DNA of 64,000 bases. Origin: the human T2T-CHM13v2.0 reference genome, Homo sapiens. Within the stretch, counting starts at the first letter, position 1; the number at the start of each line of letters is the position of its first letter. Below, piece after piece: positions 14,281-29,300 of the stretch. A model generated the notes under the pieces. It saw only the letters and a program-made list of their open reading frames with translations, ran no database searches and was not told where the DNA came from. A program made the translations under genes and the position numbers. The stretch lies in assembly GCF_009914755.1 (NCBI RefSeq), contig NC_060925.1; one strand, given 5' to 3'.

Positions 14281-16067
14281 TTTCAGTTTTTGCTCAGCAG
14301 CTTCCTAATAATAAAAGCTTCTCGTGTGTGGGAAAATTTGGAATTTTTATTTATCTATTTAAATATATAATCATATATTTAATTCACTTCATCCTTTACC
14401 CAATCTATTTACCTAAATATACTCTATTAAAAATTATTAGCAAATATATCTAATGATGTCAAAAGGTGACTACATTTATTTTAAGAAGTGATTGTTCTCA
14501 CATGTAACAATATTCCAGTATATTTCAACCTTCATTTCAGAATTCAGTCCCATTATCTTGCCTGCTCAAAATGGTTCACAGGGTTATCTAGCTGACATAT
14601 AAGATAACCCTCCATCTCACTAGACACCACTGGGATATGACACACTGACCCACAGTAAGCCCTTATTATTATCCTGAAATACATAGCACATAATGTAGTT
14701 CCTGCCAAGGAATTTGTTTATAAAAATCTTTTTTATCTCTCTGGACATTTGAGTCATTCTTTAAAAGTAATGTTCAACTATTTTAAAGAATTTCATACAA
14801 TGAATAAACATTCTATTTTATGTTTAAAGTCTTCATTCCCATTTCCCACAATTTTACCAAAGGTTAAAAAACAAAACCCACATACATAGAAAATAAAAGC
14901 CAGAAAGTATTTTCTCCTTGTTGCTTAGGTTATATAGAGCCTATTATATAAAAGATAAGACTTAAAAGAGATCTCAGTAGTTCATTCCTAGGGAGAATTA
15001 TGCATATTGAAGCTTAATACATGTAAAATTAATTGTCTTCTTTTTAATTTTTTGGGGGGTAGCAGAAGAGGTCAGAGGGCAATACGGTAGTGAAGATAAT
15101 GGTGAGACTCAGCAAACATGTTTGAGGACATAACAAATTATTAATATAGCTTTTTGAAAAAAATTCTACATGCACATTTTAAAAATTTATTTAAGAATAT
15201 AAGCAGACTAGGAAAACTTTTAAGTGCTTGCTTACAAACTACTTAAATTATTTTGGTACTCAAAATCACATGATCAACATTTTGGCAGCTAAAATTTATT
15301 TTCTTTCCACATTATTCAACAATGTGTCATATCATCCATTGTGCATACTTTTTGAACTGGGTATTATTTCTACTATTTTTCAAAGTGTTTTCATAAACTA
15401 GTCAATTTCTTCTTAACCTGATAGTGGTGTTGCATAAAACCTTAATTTACATCAGGGGAAAAAATTACAGCTGGTTTTTATAATTAAAAGAGCGTTTCTA
15501 AGAATCTCAAGGACCAATAGTAATTTATAAGAAAAATGCTGATAGTCTCAACACTTTTAAACTGACAACTTAATATGGTTTATATTTAGCAAACAAAACA
15601 CTTAAAATATTGTTCTGTACAGGCTGTTCTCCTAAAACAAACATGCAGGCAACCATTCAATCATTCAATCTTACGTGATGCAGTTCAAGACCTTACTATA
15701 CCATTAATTGCACTAAAAATTTCCATAGCTAAAAAAAAAGTATGTAATCATGATTTGATGGGGGAGGGAAAAAGTACAAAAGTACAACATATTGCCAACT
15801 ATTCTTTGCGGTATGAATAAATGAGTGAATGAGTTAATTAAAAAGAGGTAAAATATTAGTTAACAAATAGCAGTGTAAGCATAATCTTAGCATATTACAT
15901 ACTCAATAAATGACAACAAAAATCCCAAATAACCTAAAACTTTTAACATTTTTTGGCCAATATCTATTCTAAGTAAATAATCACAGTCAGACTGTCATAT
16001 TTTTGAAATACTTATTAGCTTTACCTTGATAGAAGTAAATGTCTATCCCAAATCTGGTTGTTTATAG

Positions 16068-16624
16068 CAGGGAACCCCAACCACACACAGCAGGAGGTGA
16101 GCAACAGACGAGCAAGCAAAGCTTCATCTGTATTCACAGCTGCTCCTCACTGCTCATATTACCACCTGAGCTCTGCTTCCTGAGAGATCAGTGGTGGCAT
16201 TTAATTCTCACAGGAGTGTGATCCCAATTGTGAATTGTGCCTGCAAGGCATCAAGGTTGTGTGTTCCTTATGAGAATCTAATGCCTGATGATCTGTCACT
16301 GTGTCCCCATCAGCCCCAGATGGGACTGTTTAGTTTCAGGAAAACAAGCTGAGTGCTCCCACTACCTCTACATTATGGTGAGTTGTAGAATTATTTCATT
16401 ATGTATTACAATGTAATAATGATATAATTATTTCATTATGTATTACAATGTAATAATGATATAATTATTTCATTATGTATTACAATGCATTAATAATAGA
16501 AATACAGTGCATGATAAATGTAATGTGCTTGAATCATCCCCAAACCATCCCCCTACCCCCAGTCTGTGGAAAAATTGTCTTCCAGGAAACCAGTCTCTGG
16601 TGTCAAAAAGGTTGGAAAGCACTG
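16068..16624 (+). mobile_element. MER1A (hAT-Charlie) DNA transposon relic
   Basis: cagggaacccc...gagaatctaatgcctgatgatctgtcactg...aaaaaggttggaaagcactg; 8-bp TSD gtttatag/gtttataa at 16060 and 16625. Confidence 0.9.
16389..16487. repeat. 37-bp tandem repeat, ~2.7 identical copies, inside MER1A
   Basis: aattatttcattatgtattacaatgtaataatgatat starting at 16389, 16426 and 16463. Confidence 0.95.
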
Positions 16625-16634
16625 GTTTATAAAG

Positions 16635-17025
16635 TCGGTCAGGTAGCCAGAGATAACTCACTTCCTGTGAGGTGAGTTCTGGACAATAAGAGGTATGTAT
16701 AGTCACCAGGTGAAGCTTCTAAGGAAAGTTCTTTAAGTGACTGACTCAGTTGGCATGTGCCTTGTGCCCTTCTTTGTACTTCATGGTGCCTGGGATACGG
16801 CCAATAACATCCATTTTTTTTTTTTTTTTGACTAGGAGTTAAAGACCAAAAGAATCAAAGGTTTCCACCATGGCATCTTTTATCTGGATAACCAAGCCAC
16901 TACGTGCCTTTCTATGTCAGGAGGGAAACAAACAAAACAAAACAAAACAAAACAAAACCCTCTCTTGTTCGAGCCACCATTATTTGGATACTTTATTATG
17001 TACACCAAGCTCAATCCCTAATTTT
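16635..17025 (+). mobile_element. Ancient ERVL/MaLR-type solo LTR (LTR16/LTR33/MLT1-like)
   Basis: 3' end aaaccctctcttgttcgagccaccattatttgg...ctcaatccta resembles this LTR class. Confidence 0.55.
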
Positions 17026-18577
17026 AATAATAATGAAGCCAATTATATCTATTAAATTCTACATTTAGTCCTAGAAAACAACAAGTCATTTGGTGGACCA
17101 GGAATTCACTAATAAGAGAGGAGATAGTGAACAACTACTTCATATGTCCAGCACTCAGGTGCTACATGGAAGATTCTAATGAATTGCACAATATCAACCC
17201 TACTAGCTAATATGTTGCAGACTTAAAACATAAAACTATATAAAGATTAAACAACTACTAAACTGTGTTCATTTAGTTATAACTGCAACGGAAGTTAAAA
17301 AAAATCATTAAAGCCCAAATTAGCAAATGTGGGTTTTGGAGGAGATGAGACTTATGCTGAGTGTTAGAGCTGGCTAGGATCTAAGCCAATGGAAGGAGGG
17401 GTGACTGTATGCATAAACAAGTTATGAATCAAAAGGGTATATATATTGGAAATGAGGAAATAAACCTGACTAGAAGTTCATGGAAAATAATGGTTGGATA
17501 GGTAACAAAGGTTCAGAAATCTAAGAATATTGTTCATCCTGTAAAATAATCTCTATGTTCAAGTCTTTAAAAATTAAGCTAGATTTTCATGACTAATTGA
17601 CATCATCAGACTCTGTTAAGGGTAGCCAAGTAAAAATAACTAAAAAGACACAAACAAGATAACGTTTTCATGTATTAAATTTCCATATTTTTGCCTTTAC
17701 TTCCTCGTTGCTTTCTAGATCCTGTATCAAGAGCTTGAAGATACATAGTTTCTTCTACACACAGCAGGATGAGGCAAATCCTTCTGCCTACGATGACTAG
17801 GACCTGAGGCATCCTGCCCTTTCTTGCTCCTTGGTGAATGAAAAGGAGAACTAAGGCTGAAGTAGGAGGAGTAAGTCAGAAACCAACATTCTAATGATCT
17901 CCATGCCTCTTGCATAAAGTAAGGTGGAAGGTCAGAGAAGCATGGGGGGACTGAGGGATGTCTGTTCCCTGAGGTACAGTCAGGGAGGTAACATGTCTAG
18001 AAGAGGTGCCACATTTGAACTGGCACCTTGTCCAACAGGGCACAGAGGTAAAAATGCTGCATTTGTGGAAGGAGGAGGCCAGACAGATAGCCTGAGAGAA
18101 TGCTGTTGGTTCCCCAAGGTCTGAGTGTGAGACAGGTGATCCAGGAGTTCCTGTACCCTCTTGAGGGGACCAGGGTGAGAACTGTCTTGGGATTCAAGAA
18201 AGCAAAGGGACTTGAAGATCCGAGGCAAATGGCTGGAATCTGTGGGCTTCAGTAATGAATACCAGAATAATACCCCCAAAGGCCAAATGGAACCAGACTC
18301 ACAGAAGTGAATGTGGTGCCAGTGTTCAGTCCAGACCAGCTAGAGGTCAGCAAGGCAAAGAACAGTGATTGGACAGACAGATGATGCATGGATCTGAGGT
18401 AAAAGATTCCCCTATAATTACCCCCAGGACACATAAGCTCTGTAGTGCCACCATGGAGAGAATCAGATGGAGACAGAGGAGAACTGCAAGAACAAGCATT
18501 TGTTAAAAAGGGGCTGAGTTACCCAAATAAATAGTTTATACAGAGATAACTGTAACTGGAAAATCTTTTTCACTTCC

Positions 18578-19020
18578 TGCCATGGTTTGGATATGGTTTG
18601 TTTTGTCCCCACCAAAACTTATGTTGAAATTTGGTCCCTGGCATAATGGTATTGGGAGGTGGGGCCTAGTTGGAGGCATTTGGGTCATGGGATCCCTCAA
18701 GAATGGTTTGGTTCCCTCTGCATGGTAGTGAGTTCTCCTGCTGGAAGACTGGATTAATTCTTGTAGAAATGGATTAGTTCCCTCCAGAGTGGGTTGTTAT
18801 AAAGCCAGGACATCGCTCAGGTTTTTCTCTTCACACATGTCTGTTTCCCCTTTGACCTTCTCCTCCATGTTATGAGGCAGAATAAGAGCCCTCACCAGAA
18901 GACAGTGCGGTACCCTTGAAATTCTCAGCATGCACAACTGTGAGCTAAATAAACCTCTTTTCTTTATAAATTATTCAGTCTTGGGTATTTTGTTATAGCA
19001 ACACAAAACAGACTAAGATG
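18578..19020 (+). mobile_element. MST-family (MSTB-like) MaLR solo LTR
   Basis: tgccatggtttggatatggtttg...tgtgagctaaataaacctctttctttataaa...cagactaagatg; 5-bp TSD cttcc/attcc. Confidence 0.9.
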
Positions 19021-19559
19021 ATTCCCAGATTCCTGTTCCTCCACCAATGTACTTCTTTCCCAATTTCCCCACACCTGGCACTAACAGTCAGAAGCTCATG
19101 AGAAATAACAAATGTAGTAAATAAAGAAGGTATATTTTATCTCGCCCAAGAGTTAACTTTTTGCTCTCCACACTTACAAACTGACATCAACTCTTTAGAA
19201 CATACTCATGAATAGAGGAATTATCTTTACAAATTAGAATAGATAAAAATCTTCCAATGTATCCACAAGTAGTAAAGTACTAAATACTAGTTTAAGCTTT
19301 TTCACTGTTTCATAGTAAAAAAATACAATGTAATGTATGTCATGCTTTTCAATCTACAGGTTACAAAATCAACAGTGACAAAGACATAACCTTTGTGGTA
19401 AGTCTAGAAAACAAAGTAATATGGAGTCCTAGCAGTAATTCTTGTTATCCAATGCAGTGATCACAATGAAATATGCTATCCACCAAGTTTAACAAAATAA
19501 ACTGAAATTTGTGGATTTCATCATTTTTTCCCCTCCAGTATAAAGTAGTTCTTAATAAT

Positions 19560-19780
19560 GGAAGAGCACAGAGATGAAAACTGGGCTATGGAGCCAGACT
19601 GCCTGGGTCCAAATACTAACTTCTCCATGTTTCAGTGTTATGACTGTCTCAATTGCTTCATCTACAAAATGGGGGTGGATAATAGTACCTATTTCATTGC
19701 TTTATTACAAAAATTAAAGAGATCATTTGTAAAGCACATAGATCAGTGTGTATTAGCTATTATTATTTGTATTAATTGTT
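19560..19780 (+). mobile_element. MIR
   Basis: ggagccagactgcctgggtccaaat...cttcatctacaaaatgggg...aatagtacct. Confidence 0.8.
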
Positions 19781-20376
19781 TCACAGTCTAATGCAAAGTA
19801 CAATCTCAATAATAAGATGACAATAAATGTTACAGTAGATGCTAGCAAGAATAAGGAGTTTTGTAGGGTTGGTGGGACTGGGAGCAAGGAGGGTGTGTAC
19901 ACAGAAAAATCATGCCATCAAAGATGTTTATTTATTGGGGCCATCACCACTTCTTTCAGTGAATTAACTGAAAATAAAAATCAAATGAATAATTTTTTTC
20001 TCGTGATTGTATCAGAAGTGCAGATACATATTTAGTTTACAAAACACTCAATGTTTAAAAATAGTTACTTAAAGCCTGTGGTACTTAGTCTAAATTATAA
20101 AACTTAATTCAATAATTTCCACAAAGACATTATTAGTGACTGTATAGGCTGATAATTCTGATGCTTTTCAATTAGTGTAAAGGTCATGAGTTAAAATAAA
20201 ACACAGAAGTATTTTAGCTATAATAATCGTCTCTAAATTGAATGTTTTACAGCTGATTTGCTTTTCTTGGCCAATTCTAAGGGCCTGAAAACCTGAAGAG
20301 GCAGACCAGTTGAATACATGGTATTCAGTTGTTGGAAGAAATAAAGGGAACGCACCTCCTCCCAAGCCCAGTTACA

Positions 20377-20380
<4 letters not shown>

Positions 20381-20407
<27 letters not shown>
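20381..20407. repeat. (CA)~13 microsatellite
   Basis: Seen directly. Confidence 0.95.
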
Positions 20408-21559
20408 TTTATAAATTTTATACAAAATAACGATGCAGAACCTTGAAGGCTTCTCTGATCACACAAAACAGAAGTAATTTCTTTATCCAACTTTAATTCC
20501 TATATGTCTCTGTATCTTTCTTATATCACTTAACAGATTATCTGCCTCATGTTAGAATTACACATATGTTTGTCTTCTCTATAATAATATGTTTCTCAAA
20601 AGCAGAGGCTATGTCTTATTTACTATTGTATTGCCACCAGGATCTGGCACATTTGCCTACAATGAAACATGTGCTGAATTAGTCAAAAGCACAAATATTT
20701 TTCATGAGAGCTGATTAGCATTTTACAATAGTCATAAAAATTCAGACTATACCTCAAGTAATTCACAAACAGGTTAAATACTGTAGTCTTTCAAAAATCT
20801 GGATATGGTGTTTTTGAAGGCACACTGCCATCTGCATAATTAAAACCATTCTAATACCTATCTCATGAAATAGTACACAAAAAAAATAGTAGACAATACA
20901 AAGAGAATCAACTGACTACAGGCATATAATTTACTCAGTGCTTTGCATAAAGAGTGGTTCATAATTTTTAAAATATAGAAAATGAAAGAGATGCTCATTA
21001 CTATCATTAATGAACACCTAAAACATTTTTGACAAGTTGGTGAAAACAGAGGAAAAAAGAATACAAGAAAAAAGAAAAATTGCTGAATTATCTTCCTGGG
21101 TGGCACACTGTTAAGAAATTTGATGACAGAAAGGATGGTGTCAAGCACTAGCATATACTCTGAGAACATGGCAGGATATATCATATGTGCTTACAAACCA
21201 TTCTAGAAGCTACCTACAAAGCAAGAGGAGCATGTATGCATCAATATAATTAAGAAACTGGAAATCACCAATTATTTCTTGAATTGTTTCACAGTATTAA
21301 CTATGAGTTCTGTGGACATTAAACCACACCATGGAATCTGAAAAAATAGGATACTGTCTATCATAGTCAGTCTGTGAAACATGGACATAATGTCACTACA
21401 ACCCAACTCCGCTGGACCGGTACACAAACAGAATCCCAAGTAGCACACTCCACTGGGCTGTGAGCAACTCCAAGTGCAGGGGTACTGTTTTATTCTTTTG
21501 TCCTCTGTGATTAACCCAGTATGTACTCAGTAAATAGCATCCATTATTATTGATTTCAA

Positions 21560-22526
<967 letters not shown>

Positions 22527-22543
22527 TGCTCTTTTCTTTATAA

Positions 22544-22843
22544 CAGCAATTCTCAAACTTTATACTCTTAAAAATGATGGAGGACTACAAAGAGCTTTTG
22601 TTTATGCGGATTATATCTATTGATATTGAGTGTATAAGATATTAAAACTGTGTTTTTAAATTCAAGAATCTACAAGCACACACTTCCTGGAGACTAGAAA
22701 ATACCACTGCACAGTTGTGAAAAAATAAAGGTGAAAAAGACAAATAATATCTTAGCGTTATGAAAACAGTTTTGCCCTTGGGGACCCACTGAAAGAGTCT
22801 CAGGGACCCCCAGTGGTTTCCAGATCACACTTCGAGAAGCATT
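22544..22843 (+). mobile_element. hAT-Charlie DNA element (Charlie4-like)
   Basis: cagcaattctcaaac...actcttaaaaatgatggaggactacaaagagcttttgtttatg...cagatcacacttcgagaagcattg, with terminal-inverted-repeat-like ends. Confidence 0.7.
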
Positions 22844-23251
22844 GCCACATGCCGTGGTCATCCAAGTGTGGTTCTCAGACTAGCAGCATCTAGAGACTAG
22901 GAATTGTCTCTTAATCAACTTTGTTTCTCCCATACATTGCTCAGTGTCTGGCACATGGCAAATATGAAATAAAGCAATAATCACTTGTTGACTTAAGTAT
23001 TTATGTTTTCTCTTGATATTTACGTTGGTATCTCCATGAAAGTCATGCCAGATACTTTGTTCTGAATCATGTATAACAGAATCCTGGGTGCACAGGTTTT
23101 CATTAAGCTCTTTTTATTGAATATAGATATAGATTTGGTAAATAGCAACGGGGATAACAAATATAATTAGCAAGAAAACTCTGTGCTCTTTTAATTATGT
23201 ATAGAAATACTTAAATGAATATAAAATAAGATCTATTAAAAAGATTCTTAC

Positions 23252-23664
<413 letters not shown>

Positions 23665-24189
23665 CTAGCAAACATTCATTCTCAAATCAGAAACACTAGA
23701 CTGTAATTTAATCTTATTATCAACTGGGTAAAGTATTAGCTTTTAAGTAAAAGTTGCCCATCTTCTTATTAGTGAGCATGGCCTTGATGGTCCAGTTAAC
23801 TTTCACCTATAAAATAAGGCCATTTTTCATATTCAAAATGAAATTCTGTGTTAAACTTCTTCTTCCATTTATAAAATTACTTACAGTCTGTGAAAAAAAA
23901 AAAAGAACATTTAGGATATCTAAAGATAACAAAAGCTCACAACTGGTACCCTCTGCACTCACCACCACCCGGATTAAGCAAAAATTAATTGTCCTCTTTA
24001 AAGCTGGATCCTTTTGGCCCTTTCCCAATTCTCACTGGGTTACCAGATGTCACATGACCATACAGTTGGATAGGGTACAAAATTTATTGCACCATGAGCT
24101 GTAAAGGTACTAACTACATTCAGGTCAGGATACTGCAGATGTCTGTCTCAGTTACTTAGCTCAACTTGGCACTAAATAACTGGAGATTA

Positions 24190-24400
24190 GTTTGTGTTTT
24201 TAAGTCATACTGTCTTGTTCAAATTCATGTTTTGTCACTTTCTAGCTATTCAGTTATTTAGTACTTCTCTTGCCTTATAGGTAAAAGGTCAATAATAGTA
24301 AAACCTGCTTTATAGGGCTGTTATGAAAATTACATGAGTTAATACACATAAAGTGCTTGGAAAAATGCCTGGCACATAGTAAGGACCCAATAATGCTAGT
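24190..24400 (+). mobile_element. MIR
   Basis: aataatagtaaaacctgctttatagggctgttatgaaaattacatgagttaatacacataaagtgcttggaaaaatgcctggcacatagtaag. Confidence 0.8.
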
Positions 24401-24703
24401 TCTTATGCCTAGCAGATTTCATAGATGTTATAGCCCCAATCTGCTTTACCAACAGGCTTGACATTTCAACTCAGACCTGGTTATTAGGACTACTCAATCC
24501 TGGTACTGTTGCTGGTTTTTAGTTTCAATCACTTGACTTAAGCGAAATAGAAAAAGTAAATTCCTCTGTATTAGACTGTTACCTCAATGTCAAGTATCTA
24601 CTTACTCAACTCCAGTTGAGTGGGTGAGTTGATACTGAGGTAACAGTCTAAAAAGGAAGTTTTTATTCTCTTTTTAAGTTAATGTACAAGATTATTATTA
24701 TGA

Positions 24704-24965
24704 TTTTTTTTTGGAGGGCAGTGGCGTGAGCCCAGCTCACTGCAAGTTCCGCTTCTCGGGTTCACGCCATTCTCCTGCCTCAGCCTCCACAGTAGGTGGG
24801 ACTACAGGTGCCCGCCACCACGCCTGGCTAATTTGTTTTATATTTTTAGTAGAGACGGGGTTTCACTGTGTTAGCCAGGATGGTCTCGATCTCCTGACCT
24901 CGTGATCCATCCGCCTCGGCCTCCCAAAATGCTGGGATTACAGGCGTGAGCCACTGCGCCCGGCC
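24704..24965 (-). mobile_element. AluY lacking ~30 nt at its 3' end, with TSD
   Basis: Y diagnostics; TSD aagttaatgtacaagatt at 24676 and 24966. Confidence 0.93.
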
Positions 24966-26007
24966 AAGTTAATGTACAAGATTGTTTTAAGTAAAAGCTA
25001 GAAAGAAGACTGTTCAAAATGCATCCTGTGTACCGAAAATACTACCTAGAATATTTGTTGAATGAATAGACAACTGACTCCGGTTTTACGAGAACAACCC
25101 CCAGTGTACTTGGAATTGGAACTAAAAACCCTCATGAGCAGCATACCACAAACTCTGGCAATAGTTCCACCTCATCGCCGCTACTGATTTCAGATTAGAA
25201 AAATGTTTTAAAATTTTTAAATTTCTTTTAACTTTGCCCATCCCTTTTTCTCCCTCAAATCACTTACACTGTTTTTGTATATGCTAAGAATCACATTGAA
25301 CTCCTTACATCCAAATAAATTCATTAGAATCTCTCTCAAATTAGCATCTTTTCCTAAAGCCCAATTTTAAAATTTTATTAGTATTTATTTACTTGTTTTT
25401 GGCTACTGGTGAATACCAGTACTTTTTTAGTCTCACAAGTGAGAAAATCTGGGAGTCATCTATTAATGACTAACAGGATAGTATGGAAGAAAGAATGAGT
25501 GCTTTGTAGTCAGATGAAGCAATCTCTTTTACTATGCAACCTAGCTATGTTAATTAACTCACTCTGTGCCTCAATAATCTCAGCCATAAATTGATTCTAA
25601 TTCTGATTTCATAGATTTTCTGTAAGGATTAAAAAGAGAAAATACATAGAAAAAATTATAAGTACAACACTCTGGCAAACAAGAGGCATACATGCACTGA
25701 ATATTTTATCAAGACTTTTGTGCCAGAAACTGCCATTCTTTTGCTTCTTATTTTATTTTTCTTTCATTCAAACTGATACTCTCCATTTATCCAAATAATT
25801 TGCTGATTTCTTCTATAGTGTATTCTCCATTTCTATTAGCCTATTTCTAATTTTTTGGAAATCCCATCGCAATTAAGGTGAATACTATATAATTCTGAAC
25901 TTAATTGCTTGCTTTCTAGTAATTAGAAAGGTTTTACCTAGATGGTAACCTCTACAAGTACACTAAATCTGTAATCAATAACTATATTCTTAAAAAAACA
26001 GATGTAT

Positions 26008-26320
26008 GGCCAGGCGCGGTGGCTCATGCCCGTAATCCCAACACTTTTTGGGAGGCCGAGGCAGACGGATCATGAGGTCAGGAGTTTGAGACCAGCCTGA
26101 CCAACATGGTGAAAACCCGTCTCTACTGAAAAAATACAAAAATTAGCCGGGCGTGGTGGTGCATACCTGTAATCCCAGCTACTCGGGAGGCTGAGGCAGG
26201 AGAATCGCTTGAACCGGCGGAGGGTGCAGTGAGCCGAGATCGTGCCACTGCACTCCAGCCTGGGTGACAGAGCGAGACTCCATCTCAAACAAAACAAAAC
26301 AAACAAACCAGCCAAACAAA
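26008..26320 (+). mobile_element. AluS
   Basis: Full Alu with (CAAAA)-type tail; TSD-like aaacagatgtat/aaacagacatat. Confidence 0.95.
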
Positions 26321-29300
26321 CAGACATATGAGCTTTGATAAGTCACTTTAAGTCATTGGACCTAGATTTTTGAATCTGTTAAAAAAATTCAGTATTTTCT
26401 CTAAAATCCTTTGCATCAAAAACATTTGGTGATTCTATGTTGAGTTCTTAGATCATTTTCATACAGATTAGAAATCAAAGAAAAGGAGTCCTTTTCGGTT
26501 TATTCCGTCTCTCTGAATTTCGTCGCTTTTTGTTCATTCCATTAATAACGCACTTTACCGTATTATATTAAGCACATGTCTACCCTGCTAGGTAGCAAAT
26601 CCCTTGACAATACAGTCTGTTTCAATTAATAAACTTCGTATCTGGGCTACTTAAGACAGTGTGTGGCACATGGTAGGTGTTCAATATATGTTTGCTACAT
26701 TGAAATTAATTATCTTAAGTATGAGATAGGAAAGATTATAAGGCTTTATAATATATAAAGGTTATAATTATATATTATAAAGATTATAAGTGCTTTGCAC
26801 TGACAACAGGTATTCTCTTTCTAAAACCCTGTCTCTCCTAACTATCCTCTCACTACTATCACTGTCCTGATGCTACTCAAAATATTAAAATATGAGGTGA
26901 AAGAATCATTACCGCAACAAATGAAACCACTTCGGTCTTATATGCTAAAAATGGTGAAACAAAAGAGTCAAATTCATCAAAGTACAATCAAACCATTGAG
27001 GGCTTAAATGTCCATTTAGACTACATAAGGAAAAAAGGAAATGCTTAAATTAATTTGACAAATACAACTTTTCCACTAATTCAATCATCTGGATAATTCT
27101 AACAATTTCAAATTGACAATAACATCATTCAAGATTTTCTCACAGCAATTCAGTTTTTTAATATTAAAAATTACAAAACTTATTTAAAGACAATAAGCAG
27201 ATTATAATATCTAACTACTATACATATTTATTTCTTTCAGTAACAAACACTAGGTTTTTAATTACACAGACTTTACCTCCTCCTTACCAGGATCCTTTAT
27301 TTTTAGATTGTATAAAGATGAAATAAGTACAAAACTATTCTCTCAGCCCTACCTTTCCATCAAAAAACAAATTGATTCTAACTTAGATAGATTCCTGTAG
27401 GTATCAACTAAAAAATCTACATCCATTTAAAAAAATAAAGTTTGAACCCAAGAAATTTTACAAGAGAAATATTCAAGAGATCCAAAAGGCATGATATATT
27501 CGTTCATGCTTTTGTGGCAGTTCTAATGATGTGACTCACATACATGAAGCAGGTTCATGACAAGTTAGCTGAGCATTCACATTTCAATACACCTTTGTAC
27601 ACCTAAATGTCATTACATCAATCTTGTTTAAGATTTGCAGATTCTGTAAATTTCAGTTAATGTCACTAAAATGATGTTATGTGCTATGGAGTTTATTTTA
27701 TTGGCAGAATTTTCTTTAACAACTTTATAAATAATTTACTCTTGTGTTTATAGAATCCTTAATAGTCTGAAGGGTCAAAATGGTTTTTAGCTATACTTCA
27801 CCAGATTTTATGGGGAAAATAATATGTAATTACATTTTCCCATTTGCAGATACATGAAGGTCTCAGGACAAATCTCTTGCAAATATCAAGGGTCTACTGT
27901 AATCGTTTCCAGTCTGCCCATTGAAACTTAGCAAATGGGTAACACCCTGGCCTCTCCATTCTGACTGTGGCTTGGGTTGGAAGGTTAATCACCATGAAGA
28001 GCAGAAGAGCTGAACCTTAATGTTAAGATGGGCATAAATCCTAATCCACAATGTACGCTTTTTTAAATATATACACTAATAGACTCTTTGGGTTACTATG
28101 GGCCAAGTTATGTCCATCATCGTCACACTTAACAGTGTTGGGTCCTAATTTTTCACACTGTTATGAATGCTATACTGTCAAACAGCATGGGCATTTAGGG
28201 ATAGATTCATGCTGATGCCTTGTGCTGACTCCCATCACTGCCCCCTTTATCAAATCACTTTCTTATACCCTCTGCTTATCTAAAAGCAGATGAAAAGGTG
28301 TATCAATGTGGACAAGATTTGCCATTTGGGGTGTGGGTGTTGGTATGGCATATGAGTTTAATAGAATTCTGTGTGTCGATAATTAAATAGTTCCATAGGT
28401 GAAAGTTAATTAAATCCATAATTCCATATAGGAAAACAGTACTACAATTTTTTCCTTAGTACATCAGATTAAAAAAATAAAACATTGACAAGTATGAGCT
28501 CGATTCTAATATATTAAGGCTAATTTCAGAATGGGAAGCATCTCATACTGTTCCAAAATGTAAATACCACGTTGAAAAAAAATGGTTATTCTCTCAGTAA
28601 AAGAAGGATCATTAATTTCAAATCAAGGAAGAGTTTATATGATTAAACCAGTATATATTTGCTCAATTTACTATCTGGAGATTTTAAAAACAAGATTGAA
28701 ACAGACTGACTATTTGAAATTTGAAAAGGGCAATGTCCACATTGTTCCCCTGGTACTGTACAATGGCAGGTCAAACTTTTGTTCCTCTTGTCCTACAAAC
28801 AATTTTCAAGCCCACGCTCAATAAATAAATTTGGTCTCAGCACTCCCAATCAGTGCTGCACAATCCCCTCAGTAGCAGACCTATGATAAATGGACTTATT
28901 TTCCCAAATCAAACACTTGAATTTAAATTCAGATGAGTTAATGCAAAGGTCAACATTGTAATCAGTTCTTTTGATCTTTATAGAATTTCTGGAGTAATAC
29001 ATAATAAATCTGAAACAAGGCAATTTGCAGCTCTGTATGTGTGGCTGGCAATAAAAATCTTAACGATCACAGCCTTTATGTACTTAGGGAATGTTTTATC
29101 GTAATGGCTATGGTGAGGGCTTCAATGCATAGGAAACAATGGCAATAGATAACCCTGAAAGACTTGATTTCTTGATTGTTTTACAATTTATTTATATATG
29201 TATTTATAAAAAAACTTAATGAATATACATCTATGCTTACTGTATGTTTGAAATAGTCACTACTTTTATCATAACCACTTAGTTTTGAGTTAATAGGTTG

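Noticed and set aside
13796-14453. Three long ORFs with RGERGEG repeats
   Set aside because: Translation artefact of the stop-free heptamer array; a 7-nt unit gives the same 7-aa repeat in all three frames.
16389-16487. CRISPR-like repeat array
   Set aside because: Direct tandem copies with no spacers, in primate DNA, inside a MER1A.
17720-18570. GC-richer, purine-rich unassigned blocks (also ~34505-34800 and ~48860-49190)
   Set aside because: Probably very old LTR relics; I cannot assign them or show function without a Dfam search.
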